In this document: one piece after another, positions 1-10,217 of the stretch | How the letters are laid out: each line of letters opens with the position of its first letter | Position numbering within the stretch: position 1 is the first letter of the stretch | DNA from: an uncultured Clostridia bacterium | Lineage (GTDB): Bacteria; Bacillota; Clostridia; TANB77; CAG-508 | Direction of reading: 5' to 3' | Assembly: GCA_947624185.1 (NCBI GenBank) | Contig: CANQJG010000003.1 | Coordinates: 1-40,239 of the forward strand | DNA length: 40,239 nucleotides | Translations under genes and position numbers: made by a program | The notes under the pieces: model-generated | What the model saw: only the letters and a program-made list of their open reading frames with translations | Databases searched by the model: none | What the model was told of the DNA's origin: nothing

Positions 1-31
1 ATATTATAACAATTATTTTATATAAAATCAA

Positions 32-62
32 CATTTAAAGTGCAATTTTTGCACTTTAAATG
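32..62. other. Perfect 14-bp inverted repeat (terminator or operator)
   Basis: catttaaagtgcaa-ttt-ttgcactttaaatg; a third partial half-site tttgcacttta at 70-80. Confidence 0.55.
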
Positions 63-182
63 CTTAAAATTTGCACTTTATTTTATATTTGTCAAATCTT
101 TTATAAATTCGAGTTACATATTACTATTTATCTAGCTGAAACAGATAACCTTTGCTTTAATAGTTGAAGTTTTTCTTTAACT

Positions 183-634
183 TTACCAACCATATTCGCT
201 ATATTTAATATTATTTTTATAGTTTTGTATCGCTATAATTCTATCATCAACAATATTAGAAGGTAAATCATTTATATTAATCCATTTTAATTCTTCATTT
301 TTTGAGGTTCATTAATAATTGGTTCACCACTCCATTTATTTGCTTTAAAATATCCATTGTAATAAATACATCCATTTGAATTTTTATGTATCATGCAAAC
401 AAATTCTAAATTTTCTTCTTTTATATCTATATTAAGTTCTTCTTTTGCTTCTCTACACATTGCGTGTTTCATTGATTCATTTGCATCAACATGTCCTGAA
501 GCAGACAAATCGTAAAAGCCATCACAAAATCCTGTATTTTTTCTTTTTTGAAATAAAATTTCTTCATTATTTTCTTTTTCTCTTGTTAATAATAACATTA
601 CTGCAGAACAACATTTAAATCTTTCACTCATCAT
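183..634 (-). pseudogene. NUDIX hydrolase with a frameshift in an A6 tract
   Basis: Nudix box SGHVDANESMKHAMCREAKEELNI; ORF stops at 287, but adding one A at 298-303 continues as NEELKWININDLPSNIVDDRIIAIQNYKNNIKYSEYGW to TAA at 183-185. Confidence 0.75.
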
Positions 635-826
635 TAATCCTCCTATTATTTCTACATTAATTTATTTTATATCTTTTATCTCCCCACCAATTTAGAATTA
701 AATCTATTAAAAATATAATTTTTCTGCTTTCAAATACATTTCTTCTCATATATCCATATTTTAATATTTATCAATTCCTGTACCATTTTTTAGTATATTT
801 TTATTTGTCTTATAATGTAAGGTATG

Positions 827-1459
827 TTATGTTACTTTAACAAAGACTTCGCGTGGTGCTCCACATAATGGACATTTAAAATCAAGAGGTAATTCATCTC
901 CTTCATATACATATCCACATATAGTACATTTCCAACGATTGTTTTTTATTTCTGTTTCAATATCAGGAAAATAAGTTGGTGCTTTTTTAGGACTCTTTCC
1001 TTTTAAAACTTCATGATAGAATTTATAGCTCATTGCTGCTTTTTCCATAGTTTTTTCGGATGAAATTATTTTACCTAAAAAAATTGTGTGTGTTTCTGTT
1101 TCTAAAGTTCCTATTACTTCACATGTTATATAACCATTACTATCTTTTATTATTGGAAGATTATCAACTACTTCATAATCAAAATTTTTAAATTTGTCAT
1201 TATCACGACTACTAGAAAATCCGAAAACACCTATTATTTCACTATTGCTTTCTTCATTTAAAATTGATATTGAAAACTTATTAATTTTTTTAATGCACTC
1301 ATTTGTAAAATTATCATGATTAATGCTTATTGCTATTGTAGCTGGATCAGATGTTATCTGCATAACACTATTTGCTATACAGCCAACATTTCTTTCTTCA
1401 TCTTTGCAACCAATTACATAAACTCCATAATTTAAATCTCGTAATATTAAATTATTCAT
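827..1459 (-). CDS. Flavin reductase-like domain fused to a C-terminal rubredoxin (high-molecular-weight rubredoxin type)
   Basis: YGVYVI...GCIANSVMQITSDP...THTIFLG flavin reductase domain; C-terminal CTICGYVY...CPLCG. Confidence 0.85.
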   Translation of the reverse strand: MNNLILRDLNYGVYVIGCKDEERNVGCIANSVMQITSDPATIAISINHDNFTNECIKKINKFSISILNEESNSEIIGVFGFSSSRDNDKFKNFDYEVVDNLPIIKDSNGYITCEVIGTLETETHTIFLGKIISSEKTMEKAAMSYKFYHEVLKGKSPKKAPTYFPDIETEIKNNRWKCTICGYVYEGDELPLDFKCPLCGAPREVFVKVT

Positions 1460-1495
1460 AATTATTTTTCAACCTTTCTCCTATCTACATTTTAC

Positions 1496-1741
1496 TTAAC
1501 AATTTACACTCTTAATATTTTGTATTTCAAATCTGTACTTTTGCTTCACATTTGGATATTTCTCATGATCAACTTCTGATGCAAACATATCATAAGGTCT
1601 TATGTATAATTGTGTATCTCCATATAATGCTCTATATACTACATATTTTTCTCTCGTTTCACTGTGCGTTGCTATATCTTCTACTAAATATAAATCTCCC
1701 TTAAAATGTTTATAAATTGATTTGATTTTTATTTCGTTCAT
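1496..1741 (-). CDS. DUF1653 family protein
   Basis: YKHFKG..Y.V...[14 protein letters not shown]...YIRPYDMF signature. Confidence 0.85.
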   Translation of the reverse strand: MNEIKIKSIYKHFKGDLYLVEDIATHSETREKYVVYRALYGDTQLYIRPYDMFASEVDHEKYPNVKQKYRFEIQNIKSVNC

Positions 1742-1836
1742 ACCTTATATCTCCCTATTTTAAATTTACTTTTTATTTATGTGGCAATTCATTTTTATAA
1801 ATAAGTAATCTTATAATATTAAATTATAATTCAACA

Positions 1837-2262
1837 TTAATCTAAATATTTAAATACTTGCTCAGGATATATTTTTAATTCTTTATTTTTAAATTTATTT
1901 ATATCTATCCACATTGCATCTGTTTCGCAATTATCATCAATTATATGATATTTTTCTTTATAGTCTTTATCTTTTATCTTAACGTTATAAAACAATATCA
2001 ATTCATGAGCATTTTTTCCATTATAGATAAATATATTTTCTACAATACCTAAAAATTCTCCAACACAAATATCTATATTAAGTTCCTCTTTAAATTCTCT
2101 TTTTAATGCCTCTTTACTATCTTCTAAAAATTCAATGCCTCCTCCTATACTTCTATAAAATACCTCGTCTTTTACTTCGTCATATCCTTTACTAACTAAT
2201 ATTTTATTTTCTTTCTTTGCTATTCCAAGAACAATAGGTCTTATTTCTTTATATTTATCCAT
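1837..2262 (-). CDS. NUDIX hydrolase
   Basis: GGGIEFLEDSKEALKREFKEELNI Nudix box; GGAG RBS upstream. Confidence 0.85.
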   Translation of the reverse strand: MDKYKEIRPIVLGIAKKENKILVSKGYDEVKDEVFYRSIGGGIEFLEDSKEALKREFKEELNIDICVGEFLGIVENIFIYNGKNAHELILFYNVKIKDKDYKEKYHIIDDNCETDAMWIDINKFKNKELKIYPEQVFKYLD

Positions 2263-2322
2263 ATCTTAAATCCTCCATAAGTTATTATCTAATTAGAGTA
2301 TAATCATCTACCCCACTTAGTC

Positions 2323-2988
2323 CTACATATTTAAAGTCCATGTTTTATTATCCATTAAAATATCATACTTCAAATCCATTTTCTTTGAAAATGCTTCTAT
2401 TGCTTTAAATACTTTAGAAGTAAAATAATATTCATTAAGCTCTTTTATGTCTATATTACCATCAGTAATAAAGTTTAATATCATTTTTTTATTCTTTATA
2501 TGTATAGTAATATCCTCAATATGTTGATATTGTCTATTTCCTTTTATTTTTTTACCTGACTGAGTAATTCTCGATTTTGTTATATCCAATTTATCTGCTA
2601 AAATGATTGATAAAACTATTATATTATCACTCTCAAAATGTGAACTATGATTTTTAATTGCATCTAGAACAATATCTGAACCTTCAAATAATATATTATT
2701 GTCTTTAAATAGTTTCTTCGAATATTCATAACTTCTTTGTGCATGTCCGTCTTTACCTTGTAGGGCACCAACATCATGTAATAAGCATGCTATTTTACAC
2801 TGGTAAATGGTATTTTCATCAAAATTTAAATCTGTAAGAATTTTTTCTGCAATCTTAGAAACATTTTGTACATGTTTATAATTATGAAAAGCCCCAGCTT
2901 CTTCTTTTTCCTTACTTTCAATTTCTCTATATATTTTAAAAATTTCATCATTTGAATTTAGAAATTCATATACTTCCTTTGGAGTCAT
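2323..2988 (-). CDS. HD-domain metal-dependent phosphohydrolase
   Basis: HNYKH...LLHDVG...H...H...LADKLD motif order. Confidence 0.8.
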   Translation of the reverse strand: MTPKEVYEFLNSNDEIFKIYREIESKEKEEAGAFHNYKHVQNVSKIAEKILTDLNFDENTIYQCKIACLLHDVGALQGKDGHAQRSYEYSKKLFKDNNILFEGSDIVLDAIKNHSSHFESDNIIVLSIILADKLDITKSRITQSGKKIKGNRQYQHIEDITIHIKNKKMILNFITDGNIDIKELNEYYFTSKVFKAIEAFSKKMDLKYDILMDNKTWTLNM

Positions 2989-3067
2989 ATTTTCTCATCC
3001 CCTTTATCTATGTTCATTATTATATAATTACATTTCTAAAAAGTAAACCACTTTATAAAAAATTATT

Positions 3068-3093
3068 GACCTATTGCAAATTTACAATAGGTC
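3068..3093 (-). terminator. Probable intrinsic terminator after hydA
   Basis: gacctattg-8 nt-caataggtc 9-bp stem just downstream of the hydA stop, followed by AT-rich tail. Confidence 0.6.
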
Positions 3094-3100
3094 GTAATTT

Positions 3101-4855
3101 TTATTCTAAAATATATTTTTCTTGTTTTTCATAATTAGTATGTAAATATTTATGAGCTTTTTCACTTCCTGGAGTCTTAAAGAAATCTTTATAAATTTTA
3201 ATTAGAGTAGGATTTTGATGTGATTTACGTATTATTGATTTTTTATCAATTGTGTACAAAGTATTTGCTCTTAATTTTCTTACATCAACTGCACTTCTTG
3301 TTTTTGAAGATTTTATTGGCTGACCACCGCCCATTACGCATCCGCCTGGGCAAGCCATTATTTCAATAAAATCATATTTACTCTTTCCGTTTTTTACATC
3401 ATCCATTATTTTTCTTGCATTTTTTAAACCTGATGCAACTGCAATTTTTAATTCTTTTCCTGCTACTGTAATTGTAGCTTCTTTTATGCCTTTTTCTCCT
3501 CTAATTTGTTTATATTCAATTTCTTTTAAATCTTTTCCTTCTAATACATCTGCTGCAGTTCTTAATGCTGCTTCCATAACTCCGCCAGTTGTTCCAAAGA
3601 TTGCTCCTGCTCCCGTAGCTTCGCCCATTGGATCGTCAAATTGAGTTTCTTCCAATGAGTTGAAATCTAAGTTCATTTGTTTTATCATCCTTGCAAATTC
3701 TCTTGTAGTAATTACGCAGTCTACATCTCTAATTCCGTCTGCTTCCATTTCATCTCTAGTTGCTTCATATTTCTTTGCGATACATGGCATTATTGAGACA
3801 ACATATATTTTGCTTGGATCTATATTGAATTTTTTTGCATAATAAGATTTAATTATTGCTCCAAACATTTGATGTGGAGATTTGCAACTTGATAAATGTT
3901 CTAATTGATCAGAGAAATTCTTTTCTGCAAATCTAATCCATGCAGGACAACATGATGTAATCATTGGCAATGTTCCATTATTTTTTACTCTATCTATAAA
4001 TTCATTTGCTTCTTCCATAATAGTGAAGTCAGCTCCTGTATTTGTGTCAAATACTTTGTCAAATCCTAATCTTCTTAATGCTGTTACCATTTTGCCTTCT
4101 GCATTTTCTCCTATTGGAACATCAAATTCTTCACTTAATCCTGCTCTTACTGCTGGAGCTGTTTGAGCGACTGTAATTATTTCCGGATCATTTATTTTTT
4201 CCCATACTTTATCTATATCAACTTTTTCATGTAATGCTCCTGTTGGGCATGATTCAATACATTGTCCGCAAAATACGCAGTTTGAGTCATTTAGTGATAT
4301 ATTATCTACAGTTGAAATACATGATTCGAAACCTCTTCCACTACAGTCTATTGCTCCTATATCTTGAACTTTTTTACATGTACTTACGCATCTTCTACAT
4401 AAAATACATTTCTTAAAATCTCTCACTATTGATGGAGATTTATCATCAACTTTTGGTTTTACTTTTTCTCCGTCATATTTAATTTCATCAACATTGTATT
4501 GAATAGCTAAATTCTGAAGTTCACAATTTCCTGACCTGATGCATGTTAAACAATTTCTATCATGATTAGATAATGTTAAATCCAAAACCATTTTTCTAGC
4601 TTGTATAACTTGTGGTGTGTGAGTTTTTACAACCATACCTTCTTCTACTTTTTGGATACATGATGTTGCTAAACCTTTTCTACCTTCAACTTCGACAACA
4701 CACATCCTGCAATCTCCATTTTCATTTATGTCTTTTAGAAAACATAATGTTGGAATATCAATATTTGCTTTTCTTGCTGCTTCTAAAATAGTTGTTCCTT
4801 CTTGAACTTCTACATTAATATCATCAATTTTTAAATTAACTAACTTTTTTTCCAT
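3101..4855 (-). CDS. hydA: [FeFe]-hydrogenase catalytic subunit, trimeric NADH-linked/bifurcating type
   Basis: H-cluster motifs TSCCPAW, MPCIAKKYE, EIMACPGGCVMGGGQP; N-terminal 2Fe-2S, His-ligated 4Fe-4S and 2x[4Fe-4S] cysteine motifs. Confidence 0.95.
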   Translation of the reverse strand: MEKKLVNLKIDDINVEVQEGTTILEAARKANIDIPTLCFLKDINENGDCRMCVVEVEGRKGLATSCIQKVEEGMVVKTHTPQVIQARKMVLDLTLSNHDRNCLTCIRSGNCELQNLAIQYNVDEIKYDGEKVKPKVDDKSPSIVRDFKKCILCRRCVSTCKKVQDIGAIDCSGRGFESCISTVDNISLNDSNCVFCGQCIESCPTGALHEKVDIDKVWEKINDPEIITVAQTAPAVRAGLSEEFDVPIGENAEGKMVTALRRLGFDKVFDTNTGADFTIMEEANEFIDRVKNNGTLPMITSCCPAWIRFAEKNFSDQLEHLSSCKSPHQMFGAIIKSYYAKKFNIDPSKIYVVSIMPCIAKKYEATRDEMEADGIRDVDCVITTREFARMIKQMNLDFNSLEETQFDDPMGEATGAGAIFGTTGGVMEAALRTAADVLEGKDLKEIEYKQIRGEKGIKEATITVAGKELKIAVASGLKNARKIMDDVKNGKSKYDFIEIMACPGGCVMGGGQPIKSSKTRSAVDVRKLRANTLYTIDKKSIIRKSHQNPTLIKIYKDFFKTPGSEKAHKYLHTNYEKQEKYILE

Positions 4856-4865
4856 AAGAACCCTC

Positions 4866-6722
4866 CTATCCTATCGCCTTAAATGGACATTTTTGCATAC
4901 AAGACCTACATTTAATACATTTATCTTGGTCAATTTTGTGGACTTTTCCAATCTCGCCACTAATTGCAGAAACTGGACAAACCTTTTTGCATAAATCGCA
5001 TCCCTTACATTTTTCTTCATCAATCACTATTTTTGCAAGTTCTTTGCACTCTTTCGCTCTACAATTCTTATCTATAACGTGCTCTTTGTATTCGTCCGCA
5101 AAATATTTCATTGTGCTTAATATTGGATTTGGAGCAGTTTGACCTAATCCGCAAACAGATGCCTGTTTAATTCCTTTTGCTAATGTATCAAGATTAACTA
5201 AATCGCTTTCTTCTCCTTTTCCACTACATATCTTTTGAAGGATTTCTAACATCCTTTTTGTTCCAATTCTACAAGGTGTACATTTTCCACAAGACTCGCT
5301 AACAGTAAATTCCAAATAGAACTTAGCAATATTAACCATACATTTGCTGTCGTCCATTACGATAAGTCCACCTGACCCCATCATCGAATCTATTTTTGAT
5401 AGTGATTCATAATCTATTGGTGTATCCAAATGTTCTTCAGGTATACAACCACCTGAAGGTCCACCTGTTTGAGCTGCTTTGAATTTTCTGCCATTTGGTA
5501 TTCCGCCACCTATGTCAAATACTATTTCTCTTAGTGTAGTTCCCATTGGTACTTCAACTAGGCCAACATTATTTACGTCTCCACCCAAGGCAAAAACTTT
5601 AGTTCCTTTTGAAGTTTCTGTTCCAATTGATGAATACCATTTTGCTCCATTTAAAATTATTCTAGTTATGTTTGCATAAGTTTCAACATTATTAATAAGT
5701 GTTGGACAACCCCACAATCCGCTATGAGCTGGATATGGTGGTTTTAGTCTAGGTTGACCACGCTTTCCTTCTATTGATTCAAGAAGTGCAGTTTCTTCAC
5801 CACATACAAATGCTCCTGCCCCAAGTCTTATCTCAATATCAAAATTAAATTTAGTGCCAAAAATATTTTTGCCAAGCAATCCATACTTTCTTGCTTGCTC
5901 AATCGCAACTTGTAATCTATGTACTGCAATTGGATATTCTGCTCTTACATATATAAATCCTTTATCAGCTCCGATTGCATATCCTGCAATTGTCATTGCC
6001 TCTAATACTGAGTGTGGATCTCCTTCTAGTATACTTCTATCCATAAAAGCTCCTGGGTCTCCTTCATCAGCATTGCAAACAACATATTTTTGTTTAGCTT
6101 CTTCTATTTTTACAAAACTCCATTTTTTTCCTGTTGGGAATCCTGCTCCACCACGACCTCTAAGTCCTGAATCTGATACTTCTTTTATAACTTCATCTTG
6201 TGACATGGTAGTTAATACTTTTTCCAAGGCTTTGTATCCGTCAAAAGCAAGATATTCATCAATATCTTCAGGATTAATTACACCGCAATTTTTAAGTGCA
6301 ATTCTTTTTTGCTTTTTATAAAAGTCTAAATCATCTAATCTGTCTACCATGTTGCCAGTTACATTTTTACATAATAATCTTTCTACTCTTTTTCCATTAA
6401 TAATATGGCTTTCAATTATTTCTTCACAATCTTCCGGAGTAACCATTTGATAAAATGTATCTTCCGGTCTAATAATTACAATTGGGCCTTTTGAGCAAAT
6501 ACCAAAGCAACCAGTCATGATTACTCTAACATTATCTAGTTTTTTCTTTTTAATAATTTTGTTGAAATTTGCTAATATTTCAGGTGATTTTGAAGATGTG
6601 CAACCAGTACCATGACATACTAATATGTGCTTTTCTCTAGTGTCTGCATTAGTATTAACCCTTAAATCAAGCTCTTTTCTTTTAGTCTCAGCAATTTTAT
6701 GTAGTTCGTCTATACTTTTCAT
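4866..6722 (-). CDS. hydB: NuoF-like FMN/NADH-binding hydrogenase subunit
   Basis: GLRGRGGAGFPTG, CNADEGDPGAFMDR, GAGAFVCGEET, ESCGKCTPCR, C-terminal 2x[4Fe-4S]; start moved to ATG 6722, which has an AGGAG RBS. Confidence 0.93.
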   Translation of the reverse strand: MKSIDELHKIAETKRKELDLRVNTNADTREKHILVCHGTGCTSSKSPEILANFNKIIKKKKLDNVRVIMTGCFGICSKGPIVIIRPEDTFYQMVTPEDCEEIIESHIINGKRVERLLCKNVTGNMVDRLDDLDFYKKQKRIALKNCGVINPEDIDEYLAFDGYKALEKVLTTMSQDEVIKEVSDSGLRGRGGAGFPTGKKWSFVKIEEAKQKYVVCNADEGDPGAFMDRSILEGDPHSVLEAMTIAGYAIGADKGFIYVRAEYPIAVHRLQVAIEQARKYGLLGKNIFGTKFNFDIEIRLGAGAFVCGEETALLESIEGKRGQPRLKPPYPAHSGLWGCPTLINNVETYANITRIILNGAKWYSSIGTETSKGTKVFALGGDVNNVGLVEVPMGTTLREIVFDIGGGIPNGRKFKAAQTGGPSGGCIPEEHLDTPIDYESLSKIDSMMGSGGLIVMDDSKCMVNIAKFYLEFTVSESCGKCTPCRIGTKRMLEILQKICSGKGEESDLVNLDTLAKGIKQASVCGLGQTAPNPILSTMKYFADEYKEHVIDKNCRAKECKELAKIVIDEEKCKGCDLCKKVCPVSAISGEIGKVHKIDQDKCIKCRSCMQKCPFKAIG

Positions 6723-6795
6723 TAAAACTCCTATTCCGCCAGCATATTCAAATATAACCATTTGAAATGTAGCTATTTTAATTTTTATAGAAAAT

Positions 6796-7278
6796 TTAAT
6801 CTTTTTTCATAAACTCGTCTATTACTTCATCTAATTTCTTAACAGTAGCTTTTCCATAAACTTCGTTATTAATTGTAAATACAGGTGCTAATCCGCATGC
6901 ACCAACGCATCTAGTAGAATCAAGTGAAAATTTTCCATCCTTACTAGTTTCTCCCTCTTCAATTCCAAGTTTTTGTTTAGCTCTTTCTAGCAACTCCTTT
7001 GAACCTTTAACAAAGCAAGCTGTACCCAAGCAAATTGATACATTGTACTTGCCTTTTGGTTTTGTAGTAAATCTTGAGTAAAATGTTACTACTCCGTAAA
7101 TTTCAGCTACAGGAATTCCAAGGTATTCTGATATTTCCAATTGTGCTACTTTAGGAATATATCCAAATTTAGTTTGTACTTCTTCAAGAATTACGATTAA
7201 ATTATCCTTAGTCCTCTTAAATTTAGAAAGCAACTCTTTGGTTTCTTCTCTTACTTTCTTATCCATGCAATTTTCCAT
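6796..7278 (-). CDS. hydC: NuoE-like 2Fe-2S hydrogenase subunit
   Basis: GVVTFYSRF, CLGTAC..KG, CVGACGLAP motifs. Confidence 0.93.
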   Translation of the reverse strand: MENCMDKKVREETKELLSKFKRTKDNLIVILEEVQTKFGYIPKVAQLEISEYLGIPVAEIYGVVTFYSRFTTKPKGKYNVSICLGTACFVKGSKELLERAKQKLGIEEGETSKDGKFSLDSTRCVGACGLAPVFTINNEVYGKATVKKLDEVIDEFMKKD

Positions 7279-7291
7279 TTATGCTTACCAA

Positions 7292-7337
7292 TCCTTTCTT
7301 GCCTTCGCCATACTTAATCTGCGAAAGGCACAAATTT
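7292..7337 (-). promoter_or_regulatory. Conserved leader hairpin abutting the RBS (copy 1, hydC)
   Basis: Minus strand aatttgtgcctttcgcagattaagtatggcgaaggcaagaaagga; similar to 12960-13002. Confidence 0.5.
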
Positions 7338-7380
7338 TTCAAATTTATTCTCCCTTCTGCCCCGATTATATCAAACTAAA

Positions 7381-8454
7381 TTAATTAATACAATTATTTT
7401 GTCGAAAAATATCAATATAAATTTTTCCGCCACCCACAACAATATCATCAATGTACATAACAAGTGATTGCCCAGGAGTTATCCTTGCTTGTGGCTCATC
7501 AAATATTATCTTTATCTGATTTTCATTTAATTGTATTGCCTTCGCATCAGCTTCTTTTGAAGAATATCTTGTTTTTACTTTTACGTTAATGCTATCCTCT
7601 AATTTATCAAATAAAAGCAAATTAATATCACTAATTATTACTTCATTTTTATATAATTCTTTTTCAGTACCAACAATAACTTCATTTTTATTTTTGTCAA
7701 ATCCAATAACGAAAAGTGGCTCCTTGTAAGATATTCCAAGCCCCTTTCTTTGACCAATTGTATAATTATAAAGACCTGTATGTTTACCTAAAACTTCGCC
7801 ATTTGAATCTACAATATTTCCTTCCAAAGGCTTTATTGAAGAATTTTCTTCCAAGAATTTTTTATAATTTCCGTCAGGTATAAAACATATATCTTCGCTA
7901 TCAGGCTTGCTTGCCACAGATAAATCATGTTTTTTAGCAATTTGCCTTATTTCATCCTTGCTCTCAAAATCAGCCAACGGAAAAATCACTTTTTCAAGCA
8001 TTTCCTTTGGAATATTCCATAAAACATAACTTTGATCTTTTTTAATTGATTTAGATTTCCTTAAAATCCATTTTTTGTACTTTTCACTATATTCTGTTTT
8101 TGCATAATGCCCTGTCGCAATGTACTCACACCCCAAGTCTTTCGCCTTTTCATACATTAATCCAAATTTAAGATATCTGTTGCACTCAATGCATGGATTC
8201 GGAGTCCTGCAATTTGCATAACAATCCATAAAATCATCTATAACATATTTCTTAAATTCTTCTTTTCCTTCCAAAATATAATGATTAATTCCTAATTTAT
8301 TGCATAAATTTTTCACATCAATATATGAGCAACAACTTCCATTTGGAAATAGATTTAGTGTTGCTCCTATTACTTCATAACCTGCTTCTTTCAAAAGAAT
8401 TGCAGAGACCGTACTATCTACTCCTCCGCTCATCCCTAGTAAAACTTTTTTCAT
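7381..8454 (-). CDS. mnmA: tRNA 2-thiouridine(34) synthase
   Basis: GMSGGVDS PP-loop, SCC, TPNPCIECN, ATGHYA, KDQSY, DSEDICF, YTIGQRKGLG, TPGQ. Confidence 0.96.
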   Translation of the reverse strand: MKKVLLGMSGGVDSTVSAILLKEAGYEVIGATLNLFPNGSCCSYIDVKNLCNKLGINHYILEGKEEFKKYVIDDFMDCYANCRTPNPCIECNRYLKFGLMYEKAKDLGCEYIATGHYAKTEYSEKYKKWILRKSKSIKKDQSYVLWNIPKEMLEKVIFPLADFESKDEIRQIAKKHDLSVASKPDSEDICFIPDGNYKKFLEENSSIKPLEGNIVDSNGEVLGKHTGLYNYTIGQRKGLGISYKEPLFVIGFDKNKNEVIVGTEKELYKNEVIISDINLLLFDKLEDSINVKVKTRYSSKEADAKAIQLNENQIKIIFDEPQARITPGQSLVMYIDDIVVGGGKIYIDIFRQNNCIN

Positions 8455-8534
8455 TTTACCATTATTCCCTTCTTGTAAATTATATGTATTTATTTTCCTT
8501 GTACAACTATTCTATAACAATTTTTCTTCTATAA

Positions 8535-8978
8535 TTATACGTTTCTTCTCGCACACTCAATACATCTTTGATTATTTATATCATATCCACAATCTAAGCT
8601 TGAAAGACCTAATTCTTTGTGAGTATATCTTGCAAGTTTATTTAATGTATCATCACTTAAAACTGTTTTAATAGCTTTGGCTTCATTTTCGGCATTTTCT
8701 TCAGTCGAACCTAAAATTTCAATTAAAAATAATTTAACAATATCATTGGCTTCCACAATTTTTCGAGCTAAGCTCTCGCCTTCCTTCGTAAGCTCAATTT
8801 GCCCATAAGGTTCATAATTGATTAACTTTTCTTGTTTCAAACTATTGATTGCATTATTCACACTAGCCTTAGTTTTGCCAAGTTTGTTAGCTATTTCTGT
8901 AACTCTAATTTCATTTTTTGTATTTTTTAATATATATATCGTTTTTAAATACTCTTCTTGACTATTTGTCAAATCCAT
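8535..8978 (-). CDS. DtxR/MntR-family transcriptional regulator with degenerate metal site and Cys-rich tail
   Basis: LTNSQEEYLKTIY...IRVTEIANKLGKTKASV winged HTH; start placed at ATG 8978 after AGGAGAAGGA, because ATG 9017 lies inside the -10 box. Confidence 0.85.
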   Translation of the reverse strand: MDLTNSQEEYLKTIYILKNTKNEIRVTEIANKLGKTKASVNNAINSLKQEKLINYEPYGQIELTKEGESLARKIVEANDIVKLFLIEILGSTEENAENEAKAIKTVLSDDTLNKLARYTHKELGLSSLDCGYDINNQRCIECARRNV

Positions 8979-9015
8979 TTTCCTTCTCCTTTTTGATTTG
9001 TTAGCTATATCTAAC

Positions 9016-9044
9016 ATTATATATGCTTATTAATTCTTTGTCAA
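9016..9044 (-). promoter_or_regulatory. Sigma-A promoter for the regulator (possibly also mnmA-hyd)
   Basis: TTGACA-17 bp-TATAAT on the minus strand. Confidence 0.75.
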
Positions 9045-9062
9045 ATAATTTACAAAAAATAC

Positions 9063-9091
9063 TAGACATTTTCTCATAAATATATTATTAT
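9063..9091 (+). promoter_or_regulatory. Divergent sigma-A-like promoter
   Basis: TAGACA-17 bp-TATTAT upstream of the 9134 ORF; AT-rich context weakens this. Confidence 0.45.
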
Positions 9092-9133
9092 ATTTATATG
9101 AACATAAGAATAAATTAAGGAGGCTCATAACAA

Positions 9134-9490
9134 ATGTTAAATATGAAAAAAATTATAATAATATCAATATTACTTATTTTAGTTTTTGCTGTATTAGGCT
9201 TTAATGCAAATGCATTTGCTTCTAACATTAATATGAATTTAGCAAGCGAATCCAATGTAACTGATGAAGGTAATCCTGGAAATAATATTAGAAATTCTAC
9301 TAACTCTACTAATTCTGATATATTGGATACTAATACAGTTACTAATATTGAAAACATAAATAGTATCGACGAATATAATGAAACAACGTCTAGTTTCGGA
9401 TTACCTGAGATTTTAAATATTTTATTACTTGCTGTTGGTTTAGTTATAATTTTACTTGCTGTTGCAATTTTAATTAGATTAGGAAAATAA
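9134..9490 (+). CDS. Small exported protein with C-terminal membrane anchor
   Basis: AAGGAGG RBS; signal peptide, N/T/S-rich linker, C-terminal hydrophobic helix. Confidence 0.75.
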   Translation: MLNMKKIIIISILLILVFAVLGFNANAFASNINMNLASESNVTDEGNPGNNIRNSTNSTNSDILDTNTVTNIENINSIDEYNETTSSFGLPEILNILLLAVGLVIILLAVAILIRLGK

Positions 9491-9539
9491 GTGTTTCTTT
9501 TAATTAAATAATTCTATATGGTATGTTGCGTAAAAAATA

Positions 9540-9580
9540 GAACTCAAGCTGTTAAACATTTTGTCTAACAATTTGAGTTC
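9540..9580. terminator. Probable bidirectional terminator
   Basis: Long imperfect stem gaactcaa..tgtt.aaca / tgt.taaca..ttgagttc between convergent genes. Confidence 0.6.
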
Positions 9581-9716
9581 ATTTCAATTTCTATAATTTT
9601 ATAATTTTATTTTCTATTTTTCTTATTTATTCTTTTTTTATTCTTTCATTTTTACTTTTCCGTATTGCAAATTTATCATAACATATTATTTCTCATGCAT
9701 TGTCTTTCTTCTTTAA

Positions 9717-10178
9717 TTACTTGTTATTTTCCTTCAAATATCTATTAATTTTCTTATCTGCTTCTTTTTTCTTCAAATCTTCTCTTTTATCAAAAAGCTT
9801 CTTCCCCTTGCCAACTCCTAATTCAAGCTTAACAAAATTACCTTTAAAATATAATTGTATTGGCACTAATGTATATCCTTTTTGTGTAACCATACCAACT
9901 AATTTATTTATTTCTCTTCTATTCAATAATAATTTTTTTGGTCTTAATGGATCTTTATTATATATATTTCCATGGTCATAAGGACTTATGTGCATTGAAT
10001 ATACATATACTTCCCCATTTTTTTCAATAGCTGCATAACTGTCTTTCAAATTTACTTTTCCAGCTCTAATCGATTTTATTTCCGTGCCATACAAAACTAT
10101 ACCTGCTTCAATCTTGTCAAGTATTTCATAGTTATGATATGCAGTTGGATTCTTAGCTATTAATGTACTTTTTTCCAT
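9717..10178 (-). CDS. smpB: SsrA-binding protein
   Basis: [44 protein letters not shown]. Confidence 0.97.
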   Translation of the reverse strand: MEKSTLIAKNPTAYHNYEILDKIEAGIVLYGTEIKSIRAGKVNLKDSYAAIEKNGEVYVYSMHISPYDHGNIYNKDPLRPKKLLLNRREINKLVGMVTQKGYTLVPIQLYFKGNFVKLELGVGKGKKLFDKREDLKKKEADKKINRYLKENNK

Positions 10179-10217
10179 TTGTCACCTTTCTTGCTATTAT
10201 TATCATTTAAAAATAAT

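Noticed and set aside
9490-9717. tmRNA (ssrA) next to smpB
   Set aside because: The gap is too short and T-rich, with no tRNA-like ends.
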